A DNA stretch of 64,000 nt from Octopus bimaculoides (lineage: Eukaryota), in NCBI RefSeq assembly GCF_001194135.2, contig NC_069000.1:7550885-7614884 (forward strand), read 5' to 3'. Below, one piece after another: positions 22,956-36,703 of this stretch. Under the pieces are notes generated by a model, which worked only from the letters and a program-made list of their open reading frames with translations, did not search any database and was not told the DNA's origin. The translations under genes and the position numbers were made by a program. Position 1 is the first letter of the stretch, and every line of letters begins with the position of its first letter.

Positions 22956-23558
22956 TATGCACACACACGCACATCTACACCACACAAGCGTAAATACATT
23001 GCCACTTGGCATGGTCATTCGATATCCTCAAAAAGGCAAATAGGAAACCCTCAAATCACACCCTTTCATCTTAGAACAGGACATGTCTGATAATGTATCT
23101 TTGAAGAAAAGTAAGTGTGAAGGGGCTGATAGAAAGAATGAAAGAATAACAGAGTCATACAAAATTTATATATACAATTATAAATAAGGGCAAAAGAAAA
23201 AATTTCTATGCCAATATGCTATTTATATATATATAGATATATATATATATAGATAGATAGATACACACACACATATATATATGATGTTTTAGTCTTGTCA
23301 GGGACTAAATAACTGCTTTAGTGGTGTGCATGATAAAATACATTCAGTAAAGAAAGATTTGGCATAAAAAATGGCATCCAGACCTTAAAGCCCTGCTCTA
23401 AAAAGAAGTACCCAAGAGACTTGAGACCTGTCACGTCTACCAAGAGCAGTAACTCCAAATAAGATCTGTATTGGATGATGATGATGCAATAAATTTACGC
23501 CAGCATGTGGATGTAAAATGATGTTGATGATGATGTATATGTATGTATATCTATATTC

Positions 23559-23599
<41 letters not shown>

Positions 23600-23617
23600 T
23601 AGATATTTATACATATG

Positions 23618-23648
<31 letters not shown>

Positions 23649-24116
23649 GTCTATATATATATATATATATATAATGTCGATACACACACACACACACACA
23701 TTTATTTATTTATGATGTCTGTATATTGAAACAACTGAATGAGAGCATCAAATCATTATATTGGAGTTGCTTTAGTGTCGCTTTTGTCAAACCATCATTG
23801 TTTTAGAGTCACGTTTGATAAACATATGCTGCGTTGTGAAGGGAATCCTGAATTTTCTCTTTCTTCCTCGCTTTCACTCCCTGTCTGTCTGTGTGTCTGT
23901 CTCTCATTTCTCTCTCCCTCTCTAGTATTAAATTTTCTCACCAAACAACTAACTTCCTTCTCTGTTGGAGCAGGTTTCTGTTCATAGAAACAACCTGTGT
24001 GTGTGTATGTGTACATACATTATGTCTCTGCACAAGTGTGTACATTTATGAGTACGTGTATGTGTGTATATATATGAGTATGTATGTATATGTGTGTATA
24101 TATGTGCATGGATGTG

Positions 24117-24159
<43 letters not shown>

Positions 24160-24195
24160 TATATACATATACACATGCACAAATATGTATATATA

Positions 24196-25415
24196 CAGGG
24201 ATTGGACAAAATAATGGAAACACCTTAAAATTTCAAACAAATTTATTTTAATATGAGGTAGGACCGCCTTTGGTAGTAATTACAGCTTGAATTCTATGAG
24301 GTATGGACTCGTACAAAGTTTGAATTGTTTCCAAAGGAATTTTTGTCCATTCTTCAGCTAAAACAGTCTCCAGTTCTTGTAGTGATGATGGTGGAGGATA
24401 TCAACTCCTGACTTGTTTTTCTAAAATGCACCATAAATGTTCGATAATATTCAGATCTGGGGACTGTGGTGGCCAGATAAGATGTTCAACTTCCTAAAAT
24501 ATTCCTAGAATGTTCCTTGAGCCATTCAGTAACAACTTTAGCTGTGTGAATTGGTGCATTATCATCCTGAAAGATTGTGTTTCCCTCCGGAAACAGTTCC
24601 GCAACCATAGGATGAATTTGATCAGATAAAATGCTTAAATAGTCTTCACTATTAATTCTGCCATGAAAGGAAACCATTGGGCCAGTGGATTTCCAAGATA
24701 TAGCCCCCAAGATCATTACAGATCCTCCTCCATGTTAAACAGTTGGAAAAAGGCAGTCTGGGTCAAATGCTTCTTTTGGCTGTCTCCACATGTATACTTG
24801 GCCGGTGGTCGGAAATACGATAAAAGATGACTTGTCCAAGAAAATAACATTCTTCCACTGCTCTAGGGACCAATTCTGTAGGTTTTTACTCCACTCTAAA
24901 CGCTTTGCAATGTTTGTTTTTGAAAGTAGTGGTTTTCTGATTGCAGCCCTCCTGTGAAATCTGGCTTTGTGCAGCTNNNNNNNNNNTTTTGAAAGTAGTG
25001 GTTTTCTGATTGCAGCCCTCCTGTGAAATCTGGCTTTGTGCAGCTCCCAGCGAACAGTTTTTGTGGAAACTGGGTTCTTGAGGTGGTCATTAAGCTCTGC
25101 AGTAATTTTGGGAGTTGTACTTTTGTGATCCTTTCACGTAAGTGTCCGATGATCCCTATCTGAAAGTTTTGGTTTTCTTCCAGAGTTTTGTTTTGATGAG
25201 GAGGTTTTTTCCCTCTTTCTCAAAGGCTGTCATTACTTTCAAGACAGTACTTCTTGATACGCCAAACATTTCGGCTATTTTCATTATGCTAGTGCCTGCC
25301 ATACGAGCACTGACAATTTGACCTCTTTGAAAGTCCGATAGATCTGTCATTTTAACAAATTTTAATTACCTTTTTCTGATGATATCTGGAAAGAAACAAC
25401 AATTTTAGCAAACCA
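24196..25415 (-). mobile_element. Defective Tc1-like transposon (DD34E-type), same family as 20887-21606
   Basis: TA-CAGGGATTGGACAAAATAATGGAAACACC TIR; MTDLSDFQRGQIVSARMAG, MILGAISWKSTGP...IFQDDNAPIHTAK; frameshifted. Confidence 0.88.
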
Positions 25416-26010
25416 TTAGCAAACCAGGATCAATTGCACAACACCATAACAATTGAGTGGTCTGCTTATAAACCAGGTGATGTCCCACATCTCATGAAAA
25501 CTAAGTTTCCCCAAATTGTGATGGTCTTTGTGTGTGTCTTGAGTGAGAGCAATGTCATACTGCCCCACATCTTTGAACTGGGATTTGGGGTCAATCCAGA
25601 TGTCTGTGTGAAGCTGCTGGAGATTGTGGTCTAACTCTGACTGGAGAGGGTTGCTGGTGGAAGGCCATATGTGTAGTAGCAGGATTTGACTCCTTGCCAT
25701 ATCTCAGGAAAGAGTCGGAAGTGGTTGTTGGAGAAATCCTGACTTCACCAACTCCAATTTCTAACCTCCTAATTTCCCCAGTTGTAATCTCATGTATTTC
25801 TATGCATGGGGCCTGGTAGACAAAGAAACCAACCACTCTGTCTGCAAAACCAAGTTGAAGCTGGTGACCAAGTTTAAGGAGGTGTTTTCAGTTCTTCCCA
25901 GGGATGCAATGAGGAACACATGCGCCAGGTTTCAGAGCTGTCTTCAGGTCATGGTGGAAGCTACTTTGAGTAAAATGTTGTCTCCCAGCCATAATCTAGT
26001 TGATATTTTT
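25416..26010 (+). mobile_element. Decayed Tc1/mariner transposase fragment (maT/DD37D-like)
   Basis: MKTKFPQIVMVFVCVLSESNVILPHIFELG; GRPYV*QQDLTPCH; YAWGLVDKETN...CARFQSCLQVMVEA, with stops and frameshifts. Confidence 0.65.
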
Positions 26011-26223
26011 TGATTTTTTGATGAGATATTGTATTTTCTTTTCTTTTTATGCAACCTGTCAAATTTAGACACTCAAAATATCAATTTTTCCCAAAATTTT
26101 GAAAGTAATTTTGCTCTTTTTAAAAATATTTCTCTCGCTTTCTCTAAGTATGTACCTGTCTCTCTGTCTGTTTATTTGTCTCTCTGTCTATCAGTCTCTG
26201 TTTACCTGCCTGTCGGCCTATCA

Positions 26224-26274
<51 letters not shown>

Positions 26275-26520
26275 AGTTTGTCCTCTTTTTCTCACCATTT
26301 TCACTCCTACTCTCCTCTCACTCTCTCATTGTCCAGTTATTTTATTCATTCCGCTCATTTTCTTATTGTCTCTCTTTATATTATTTCCATTGTCTTCTGT
26401 AGTCACACACACACTCACACACAGCCACACACACATACAGCTATATGTTCTCATGCATTGCCTCTGTATCGATATACACTTCCCTTACACTGTCACACAG
26501 ACACCCCCTCACATCCACCT

Positions 26521-26577
26521 CACGTGTCTATATACATGTATAAATAGGAGCAAAAATCTCACTCTTTACGATTCATT
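26521..26577 (+). promoter_or_regulatory. Core promoter of the peroxidase-like gene: E-box CACGTG, TATA box and Inr-like motif
   Basis: CACGTG at 26521-26526, TATAAATA at 26539-26546, TCATT at 26573-26577, ATG at 26592. Confidence 0.6.
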
Positions 26578-26591
26578 AGACAAGTAAACAA

Positions 26592-27246
26592 ATGGATACA
26601 AGAATGTTGAGGTAAGTCATTATTATTATTATTATTATTAGGAAAAATTTTCCTTGATATCTGCTACATTTGCACATTATCCACTGGAAGCTACCCAGAT
26701 ACTTAAGGTAGATAATGAATATGATGTTCTTAATACATTGGATGATTATATGAAATTGAGATGTGCTAGGACCCGACAGATTTAAGAAAAAAAACCAGGT
26801 GCACACATGAGCGCATGATAAAAATGCAATGAAGCTTTGAAATTGAAGGTGATAGTGTTCTTCATAAACTGCGCAATTAGGGTTATTCTCTATATTTCTT
26901 TTCAAGTATAATTTTCCTGGTATCATACCTATCAATGTTTCTGTTCCTTTCTTTGTTACCCTGAGTGCCTTATGATTACAGGTGTTGTAATGGTTTCCAT
27001 TTTCAACATTTTGGTGGTCTCTATACCCAGGCATCTGTACCTCTGTATTTTACTGAGCTCTCTGACTGCAACATTTTTATCCGTGGAGACAGTCATATGA
27101 ATTAGGAGATGAGTTTTATCAATATGCTTTTTAACTGTTATATCTAGGTTTATATCTGGTTATATCTGATAGTTAAATATCAGAAGATCGTGATATGACT
27201 AGTCTCAGGTGACTGGTCAGAGATAGTGTTCATATTTTTCTTATCA

Positions 27247-27299
<53 letters not shown>

Positions 27300-27902
27300 G
27301 GTGGTGAGCTGGCAGAGTTGTTAGCGAGCCGGGCGAAATGCTTAGCGGTATTTCATCTGCTGCTATGTTCTGGGTTCAAATTCCGCCGAGGAATTACTTT
27401 CGGGGTCAATGAAATAAGTACCAGTTGAGTACCAGGGTCGATGTGAACAACTGTCCCCCTCTCTAGAAAATCCAGGCCTTGTGTCTGTAGTAGAAAGGAT
27501 TATTATTATTATTATTATCATTATTATTATTGTTACATTTTAAAAAAGGATTGACGTAACTCTTCACAAAGGTAAACAGTCAAGACGAAGACTGCGATTC
27601 GATTGTAATAGATATTTTTATTGGTTGAACGATATTTCAACAGTAAGTCTGTCTTTGTCAAGTTCAAAATAAGAAGTGATAAAAATTCAAAATTATAGAA
27701 ATTTAAAGTATGAATGAGAGCAACCAGCGTCCACACGTTGATGGAATGACATCATCAGTCTTTAAGGTTCAATTTTATAACAGGCGAAAAGAAAAAGACA
27801 GAAAAAAGAAGACAGAACTTGATAAAGACAGATTTACTGCTGAAATATCATTCAACCAATAAAGTATTTATTACAATTGAATCGCGCTCTTCATCTTGAC
27901 TA

Positions 27903-27955
<53 letters not shown>

Positions 27956-30091
27956 ATAAAGGTGGCAAACTGGCAGAATCATTACTATGCAAGACAAAAT
28001 GCTTTGCAACATCTCTTCTGACTTTCTGTTCTGTTCTGAAATGGATGAAAGGCAAAGTCTTGACTTTGCCTTTCATCCATTTCAGGGTTGATGAAATATG
28101 TACCAGTTGAGAAGTGGGGTAGATGTAATCAACTTAACTCCTCTCCCGAAATTGCTGGCCTTGTGCCCAAATTAGAAAGAATTATTATTAATAGTAGTAG
28201 TAGTAGCAACAGTAGCTCCATACTGGCATGAGTAGGATGATTTGACAGAGAGCCAGTGAGCTGCAGGACTGCATCGAGTTCCATGCCAAAATGCAGCAAT
28301 GCCATCTTTAGCATAGTTTCTGCAGATGGATGCCTTTCCTAAAGCCAACCGTTTTACAGAGTGTACTGGGTGCTTTTTGAGTGCCACCAGCATTTGCGGG
28401 GTTGCTGTATCACCAAATACTGTGTGTTTGGAAATAATCATGCCATTTTTTCTAACAATAACATTATATTTATTTGTTCACCATTTGGACTTTATCAGAT
28501 AAAAACTGAGATTATTTCTATATTGTGTTTATCAAAATGAGAAAAGTGACACTGCAAGTGAGAGGTGTAAACTGCTATTTTTGGATTAAGTTCGTTAGCA
28601 AAAGTATTTTACCCTAATTGGAAGTGAATGACTTATCTGAGCCAAACACGAAATCTCATTCTAGATTCTCACATGGACAATTGTTGCCAGACACGTGAGA
28701 GATTAAAGTCACATGATTGTGTGGAAGTAGATGTGTGAAGAATAAATGGTGGCGCAAAGTTTGAGAAAATGTGGAGTGGTGAGGTGAGGGGTTCATACAT
28801 CACTTTCAGGGAAAATTCTTCTCTTTATGTCTCACTACCTTTTCTTGTGTATAAGTTTATGTGTGTGTACATGAATGTGTCTATATGTGAAGATGTGTGG
28901 GTGAGAGTATTTACCTATGCATACGCATGTGTGTGTATTTAGCTCTCACTCTCTCTCAGTGTCTCATTGTCTGTCTCCCCACTATCACTCCATATATGTA
29001 TATGTAATTGTGTGTGTATGTATGTGTGTCTATCTATCTGTCTGTCTGTCCATCTGTCCATTCGTCCACCCATATGTATGTATGTATGTATGTGAGTACA
29101 TGTATGTGGTTTCTTAAGACTGTAGGATGTAATTTGAGAGAGATTTGAGAGAGAGATTGTCATGAAGAAAAAAAATTCTTGCTTAAGACAAAAAGATGTT
29201 AAAACACCACAGACAGCTAAGAGCACTTTCTACTGGACCAACGGAGGCAAGCATTTTGAATCCTTACTGCTCATCAGCACCAGATACCAAAAGACAGGCA
29301 ACTCTGATGTAGCTAGAAAGTGAAGCTCCCTTTATAAGGAAACAGTCAATATTAGTGACTGATGCTATTAAGCTGGTATTTTGGAATATTAGTTAACATG
29401 AAATATTGTCAGAAGGCTTTAATTTAGATCACTTTAAAATAGAAGTTCTTGTATCATAGAACCATTGTCGTTGTTGTTGTTGTTGTCGTTATTAACATTG
29501 TCATGTCACCAAATACTTGTTAAGAATCAATTATACTATGTTTCCTAACAATAGCATTATATTTATTTGTTTGCCACGGGCCTTCTAAAATAAAAAATCA
29601 AGATTATTTCTGCATTATATCTATAAAAACAAGTCAGACTACACTGCAAGTGAGAGGTGTAAACTGCTATTTTTAGATTACGTTTCTTTGCTAAAGTATT
29701 TCACCTTAATTGGAAGTGAAAAACTTATCTGGGCCAAACACGAGATCTCATTAATGATTCTCACATGGACAATTGTTGCCAGACATGTGAGAGAATAAAG
29801 TCACATGGGTTGGTATTGTGTGGAAGTAGATTTGTGAAGAATTAATGCTGAAGCAAAGTGTGAGAAAATGTGGAGTGGTGAGGTGAGGGGTTCATACATC
29901 ACTTTCAGGGAAAATTCTTCTCATTAAATCTCACTTCCTTTTCATAAGTCTACCTTGGTTATTGTGTATGTGTTTATGTATATGTGTATACAAGTCTTTG
30001 CATACTTGTTTGTGTGTTCTTATATATGTGTGAGAGACTGCACAAAGGAATCTATTTGACATATCTCTATAAAACAATCTCTCTCCCTCTC

Positions 30092-30172
<81 letters not shown>

Positions 30173-30450
30173 GCTTATATACATATACACATATATAAAT
30201 AACAATTTATGTAAATATATATTTATACAGTCACACACAAACCACATATACACATATGTGGAATAGGTACAATGTATCGAATATTTTTTTTAGTTGTAGT
30301 CTTCCTGATTTTTATTCAGATATAATGAATATATACATGCATACACACATACATCATACATATATACATACATAGATACATAGATACATACATACATGCC
30401 TGCACACACACATATATATAGCTTTTCACTGCACAACCATGCCTGCGCCT

Positions 30451-30500
<50 letters not shown>

Positions 30501-33173
30501 AAAGAGATGACAGAGGATTGATATATGTGGTGCATTGCTGTATTTGAGAAGACCCACCCACCACAACAGAATTGAGATCCTAAAACCTTGGGTCTGTGTA
30601 AAAAGCACTGGTGCTGGTGCCATTTAAAAAGCACCTGTGATGGTGCCACATAGAAAGCATCCAGCATACTTTGTGGAGTGGTTNNNNNNNNNNNNNNNNN
30701 NNNNNNNNNNNNNNNNNNNNNNNNNNNNNNNNNNNNNNNNNNNNNNNNNNNNNNNNNNNNNNNNNNNNNNNNNNNNNNNNNNNNNNNNNNNNNNNNNNNN
30801 NNNNNNNNNNNNNNNNNNNNNNNNNNNNNNNNNNNNNNNNNNNNNNNNNNNNNNNNNNNNNNNNNNNNNNNNNNNNNNNNNNNNNNNNNNNNNNNNNNNN
30901 NNNNNNNNNNNNNNNNNNNNNNNNNNNNNNNNNNNNNNNNNNNNNNNNNNNNNNNNNNNNNNNNNNNNNNNNNNNNNNNNNNNNNNNNNNNNNNNNNNNN
31001 NNNNNNNNNNNNNNNNNNNNNNNNNNNNNNNNNNNNNNNNNNNNNNNNNNNNNNNNNNNNNNNNNNNNNNNNNNNNNNNNNNNNNNNNNNNNNNNNNNNN
31101 NNNNNNNNNNNNNNNNNNNNNNNNNNNNNNNNNNNNNNNNNNNNNNNNNNNNNNNNNNNNNNNNNNNNNNNNNNNNNNNNNNNNNNNNNNNNNNNNNNNN
31201 NNNNNNNNNNNNNNNNNNNNNNNNCATGGAAAGCGGACGTTAAACGATGATGATGATGATGATGATGATGATGATATATATATATATAGATATATATATA
31301 TATAGATATATATATATATATAAGGAGAGAGAGAGATAGACAGCTATCCTATAACAATACTATGAGAATGGTATGTCTATAAAAAAATTAAAGAATCAGG
31401 AAAAACCTAAGAATTTTCCCAACAGCAAAAATATTTTATTTTAAATGAACTAAAAATAGTAACAACAACAGCAACAAGGAAATAAACAAATTTATAAAGA
31501 ATAATAGAATAACAAACAGCATTAAAGTGCAACAATAAGAACAACAAAGGTGAAACAAGATATCACCATCATCATCATCATCATCATTGTTGTTGTTGTC
31601 GTTGTTGTTGTCATCATCGTCGTCATCATCACCACCACCACTACTGTCACCAGTACCACTGCTGCCACTGCCACTACCTCTACCACTGCCACCACCTCTA
31701 CCACAGACACCACCTCTACCACTGCTACCACCTCTACCACTGCCACCACCTTTACCACTGCCACCACTTCTACCACAGCCACCACCTCTACCACTGCCAC
31801 CACCTCTACCACTGCTACCACCTCTACCACTGCCACCACCTTTACCACNNNNNNNNNNNNNNNNNNNNNNNNNNNNNNNNNNNNNNNNNNNNNNNNNNNN
31901 NNNNNNNNNNNNNNNNNNNNNNNNNNNNNNNNNNNNNNNNNNNNNNNNNNNNNNNNNNNNNNNNNNNNNNNNNNNNNNNNNNNNNNNNNNNNNNNNNNNN
32001 NNNNNNNNNNNNNNNNNNNNNNNNNNNNNNNNNNNNNNNNNNNNNNNNNNNNNNNNTACCTCTACCACTGCCACCACCTCTACCACAGACACCACCTCTA
32101 CCACTGCTACCACCTCTACCACTGCAACCACCTCTACCACTGCCACCACCTCTACCACAGCCACCACCTCTACCACTGCAACCACCTCTACCACTGCCAC
32201 CACCTTTACCACTTCCACCACCTCTACCACTGCCACCACTTCTGCACTACCCTACCACCATCATTGCCACTGCTTTCCCCGTTGCTGCCTTTGTCACCAC
32301 TGCCACTACCACCACCAGCAATACCGTTACAATTGAAGAAAACTTGTAAAACCAGTTTAAAGAGTCTATATACATATTTATATATATGCAATGAGCACCT
32401 ATATAAATAAATTTAAGTCGCTGCAGCTTTCCTGTGCCCACCACCACCACCACCACCACCACTTCCACCTCTACCTGTCTACTCATTTCCGCCACTCCTG
32501 GCAACATGTGCACCGACATGTGATTTTGTCAAGCTGGACATAAGATTATGCTCATGTGACTCTGTCTCTTTTCCCATCCATTGTATGTACCCTACCCAAA
32601 TGCCAACCAGCATGTGTACTGGCATGTGATTTGGTGTGGAAACATAACAGATGAGAGTGCTTGACTGATCTGCTTGAAATATCAGTCAAATCTCCCTCTG
32701 TCTCAAGGAACCCAAGACCACTTAACCCCTTTTGATACCAACTCGGCTGAAACCGGCTCTGGCTCTGTAGTACAAATGTCTTGTTTTCATAAGTTTTGAA
32801 TTAAAATCTTCCACCAAACCTTTGTCACAATTTATGTTCCTAACACCAACTTAATGACAACTAAGTTATTTTACTTTGTTATATTCAAAACGAATTGAAA
32901 GAAACGCAGAGCATGTCAAAATAAATACGGTAATTAAAGGGTTAATGGAGTTAAGAGGTCTTGGGTTCCTTGTACATAGGGAAAAACACTTGATAGGCAT
33001 AGGTGGAATGTTTTTGGTCTTAGCTTTGTTTGATCAGGAATGACCTGGGGGCGAAACAACAGCTACAACAACAACTACACATAAATCTGCGTCTGGTGCA
33101 TTTTGTATTTGGTCTATATCCATGTATATCTACTTCATCTATTGCTATATACATACATACGTGCATACATGCA

Positions 33174-33204
<31 letters not shown>

Positions 33205-36200
33205 GTACCTACATACATACATGTTGAGCTGAGGTCAGCAATGCCTGTGCAGAGTTTTAGGTCCAATAAAACTTGCACGACACCTCATAGACCCTCTCCA
33301 CTCTATTGACATAATCTTCGTATCATACAAGGATGGTTGGGAATAACTGGATTGGAGGCAAAGTTGGTGGTGATGAGGTGTCAGAACCATAGGACAAAAA
33401 ACTGAAAATAACAAACTAATTTAATCTTTCTTATATTTTCCAGACTGAAATTATTTGTGTTATTTATAACGGGAACAAGTTACCTTACTCTTGTGTCTGC
33501 CCTGTCAGTTGAAAAGAAATATGTGGACAAGACACTATTACAATCAACAGGGAAGGCTCACAGTGAAATTCAGGAAATCACAACATTACACGAATATGTC
33601 TCCGACCGTGAGTATTTCTTTTAGCTATTTTATATATTTTATATAAACTTTTCTCTTGGTGGTTGGAGAATTGGAAAGGCATTATTTAGAGACAACTTCT
33701 AAGTTCTAACTTCAAATCTTGTTAGAGTCAACTTTACGTATGATCATAATTATTTTATTGACCAACCAAGCACTGTTATTGTTTTAAGCAATTTCTTCAT
33801 TGAAAGGATTGATCCTTTTGGGGTCTATAAGGGTTGATCCTTTCAGGGTCCATAAGGGTTGATCCTTTCAGGATCTATAAGGGTCGATCCTTTTGGGATC
33901 TATAAGAGTTGATCCTTTCAGGGTTTATAAAAGTTGATCCTTTCGGGGTCTATAAGAGTTGATCCTTTTGGGGGTCTATAAAAAAAGGTACCAGTTGAAC
34001 ATTGTAATTGACTTACCCCACCTCCATCAAAATTTTAGGCCTTGTGCCTATAATAGAAAGGATTATCATTTTTATTATTATTATTATTATTATTATTACC
34101 TTCATCATTGTGAAGGGTGTGATGAGAACGGGGAATTTATTTAATTAGTTATCCACTTCCACACAAAGTTCTCTCTCTGGATCTGAAACAAGCCACTATT
34201 GTAATTGAGGTTGTAGCTGATGTTGTTATAGTTGTTGTTGTTGATGTTATTGTTGTTTTTATTGTTATTGTTGTTGTATTGTTGTACAGTGCCATGATTG
34301 GAATTATTCTGCTCCAACTTGGAACACGTAGCTCAGTGTAAGCATTTCATATACCTCCTCTCCCCCATCACTATCACCACTACTACTACTACTACTACCA
34401 CCACCACCACCAAAACCACTAAAACCACCACCACCACCACTAACCACCACTACTACCACCACCATCACCACCACCACCACTAACCACCACCACCACCACC
34501 ACCACCACCACCACCACTACTACTACTACCACCACCACCAACACCACTGTTGCACAACACACTACCACCGACACTAGTACCTATACATCACTGTTTTTCT
34601 ATACGACAGGCTTCAGTGAAATGTCTCTAAAATACCGAGATTCCATGACAGTTCTCTCCAAGAAAGGTTCTGATATTTCAGTGAAAGGGTTGATCTATGC
34701 TGCCACAGTCAGTCAGTTCTACAAGAAGTGAGTATCACCTGTTAGTCTCTGTCTGTCTGTCTGCTTGTTTGTTTGTCTGTCCGTCCATTCGTCCGTCTGA
34801 TTTTTGCCTGTGTCTACTAGATCGTCTGTCTGTCTCTCTGTCTGTATGCATATACGTATGCATGCATGTATGTATTTGTATCTGTCTATCTGTCAGATTG
34901 TCTGTTTGTGCTTGTGTGTCTACTCGCCTGCATGTGTCTATCTAATTGTTTGCCTGTATCTGTTAGATTGTCTACGTGTCTGTGTATCTTTGTATCTGTC
35001 TGTATGTGTGTGTCTGTATCAAATTGTTTGTCTGCCTATCTAGCTTTCAGTGTCTGCCATGTGTCTTTCTGTCTCTCCTTCCTTTCTCCCCCTCCGTCTC
35101 TCATATCCTCCCCTCATTTACTCCAATTCCCATTTCACAAACTTCCTCTCACTTTCTCTTCTTCATTCCTCACACTCTCAATCTTTCTCCTGCACGTCAT
35201 CAAACCAATCATCACTTTCCCATCATCCATCCTCTTCTCACCACCTAACTGGTCACTCCTTAATAATATTCTGTCCAACTTCAGTTTCAGTCGAAATGTT
35301 GCTGAAGAACTGATACGCTTTGTGAGCACTCCAGAGCTTTTGCAATACTCATGTCCTTTCCGTGAAGCAATTACCTGTGACAAGAACTCCATATATCGGA
35401 CAGCTAGTGGTTCCTGCAACAATTTGAATTATCCTTACTGGGGCAAGAGTTACACACCACTGCTACGAATGAGGCCTCCATATTATGAAGATAGTGAGTA
35501 TTAGTAACAAATATGATGATTAGTTGATCTAATTGGATATCTGGAAATTAAAATATCTGGGGATTAAGATATCTGTTGATTAGATTATCTGGATGTTAGG
35601 ATTTTTGGAAATTTAAATTTGGGTGTCTGGATATTAGGTTATTTGTCAAGGGACAAAGATTTTCTAATAGGATAACTGAGGATTAGAGCATCAAAGGATG
35701 AAAACATCTGGAGAATTTGGACATCTGGACGTAAGTGAACCTGAGTATTAAGAACATCTGAGACATAAGTGAACCTGAAGGATTGGGTAATCTTGAGTTC
35801 AGGTAAGCTGAGAATTTAAGAAATCTGGCAAAGGTGCTACACAGTGGGTCTGACCCTGAAACCATGTACTTTGGAAGCAAATTTCTCAACCACAGACCAC
35901 AACCATACATATATTAAAGTGGCTTCTAACATGCATAACGATGAATAAAGATGTTTTAATTAATTAACATCTCAGTCATCGTAAGGAGAAAGAATCCTTA
36001 TGTTAATGACTAATTGATATAATTGTAGCCATAGTGAGAACTAAACATTATGTTAATTCTGGTCAAGAAAGGCAAAGAAGACAACCATAGAAGTTAAAAT
36101 TAATTAAAGTTAATTAAATATAGAATCCAGTCTATGCATGTGTATGTGTGTTCATACAAATGCACATGCATGCACACACACATAAATATATATAAAAAAT

Positions 36201-36630
36201 ACTACACATGAATGCCTCATACTATGAGGGACTCTTAAAGTCAAAATTACCATAATAAATACAGTGTACTGAACACGAGGGAATGCAGCTCATTGAAACT
36301 GACCAGTCAGTACAGGGAATTCTTGATCAGTGTTTTGGGGTGACTATAGTCTCCATCAGTGTATATGTATACAATTATGTACTTTGGCTGCTGCATTAGA
36401 GCATTTTAGCTCTTATTTCTAGCATTCCCTCGCGTTCGGTACACAATATTTCTTATAGTAGTTTTGACTTTACAAGTCCCTCACAGCGTGAGGCATTTAT
36501 GTGTAGTAATGCCCTTCATATAAATAAATATATTTAAAGGGAATGATTATAATTTTTCCCTTATGAGGTTTTTTTTCATGTTGACTACTTGATAAATTCT
36601 TATAAAGATTTCACCCTATCTTTAAATTTT

Positions 36631-36703
<73 letters not shown>

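Noticed and set aside
33806-33980. CRISPR-like regularly spaced repeats (also 6775-6992 and 2451-2597)
   Set aside because: Head-to-tail units with no unique spacers, no cas genes, eukaryotic context; these are minisatellites.
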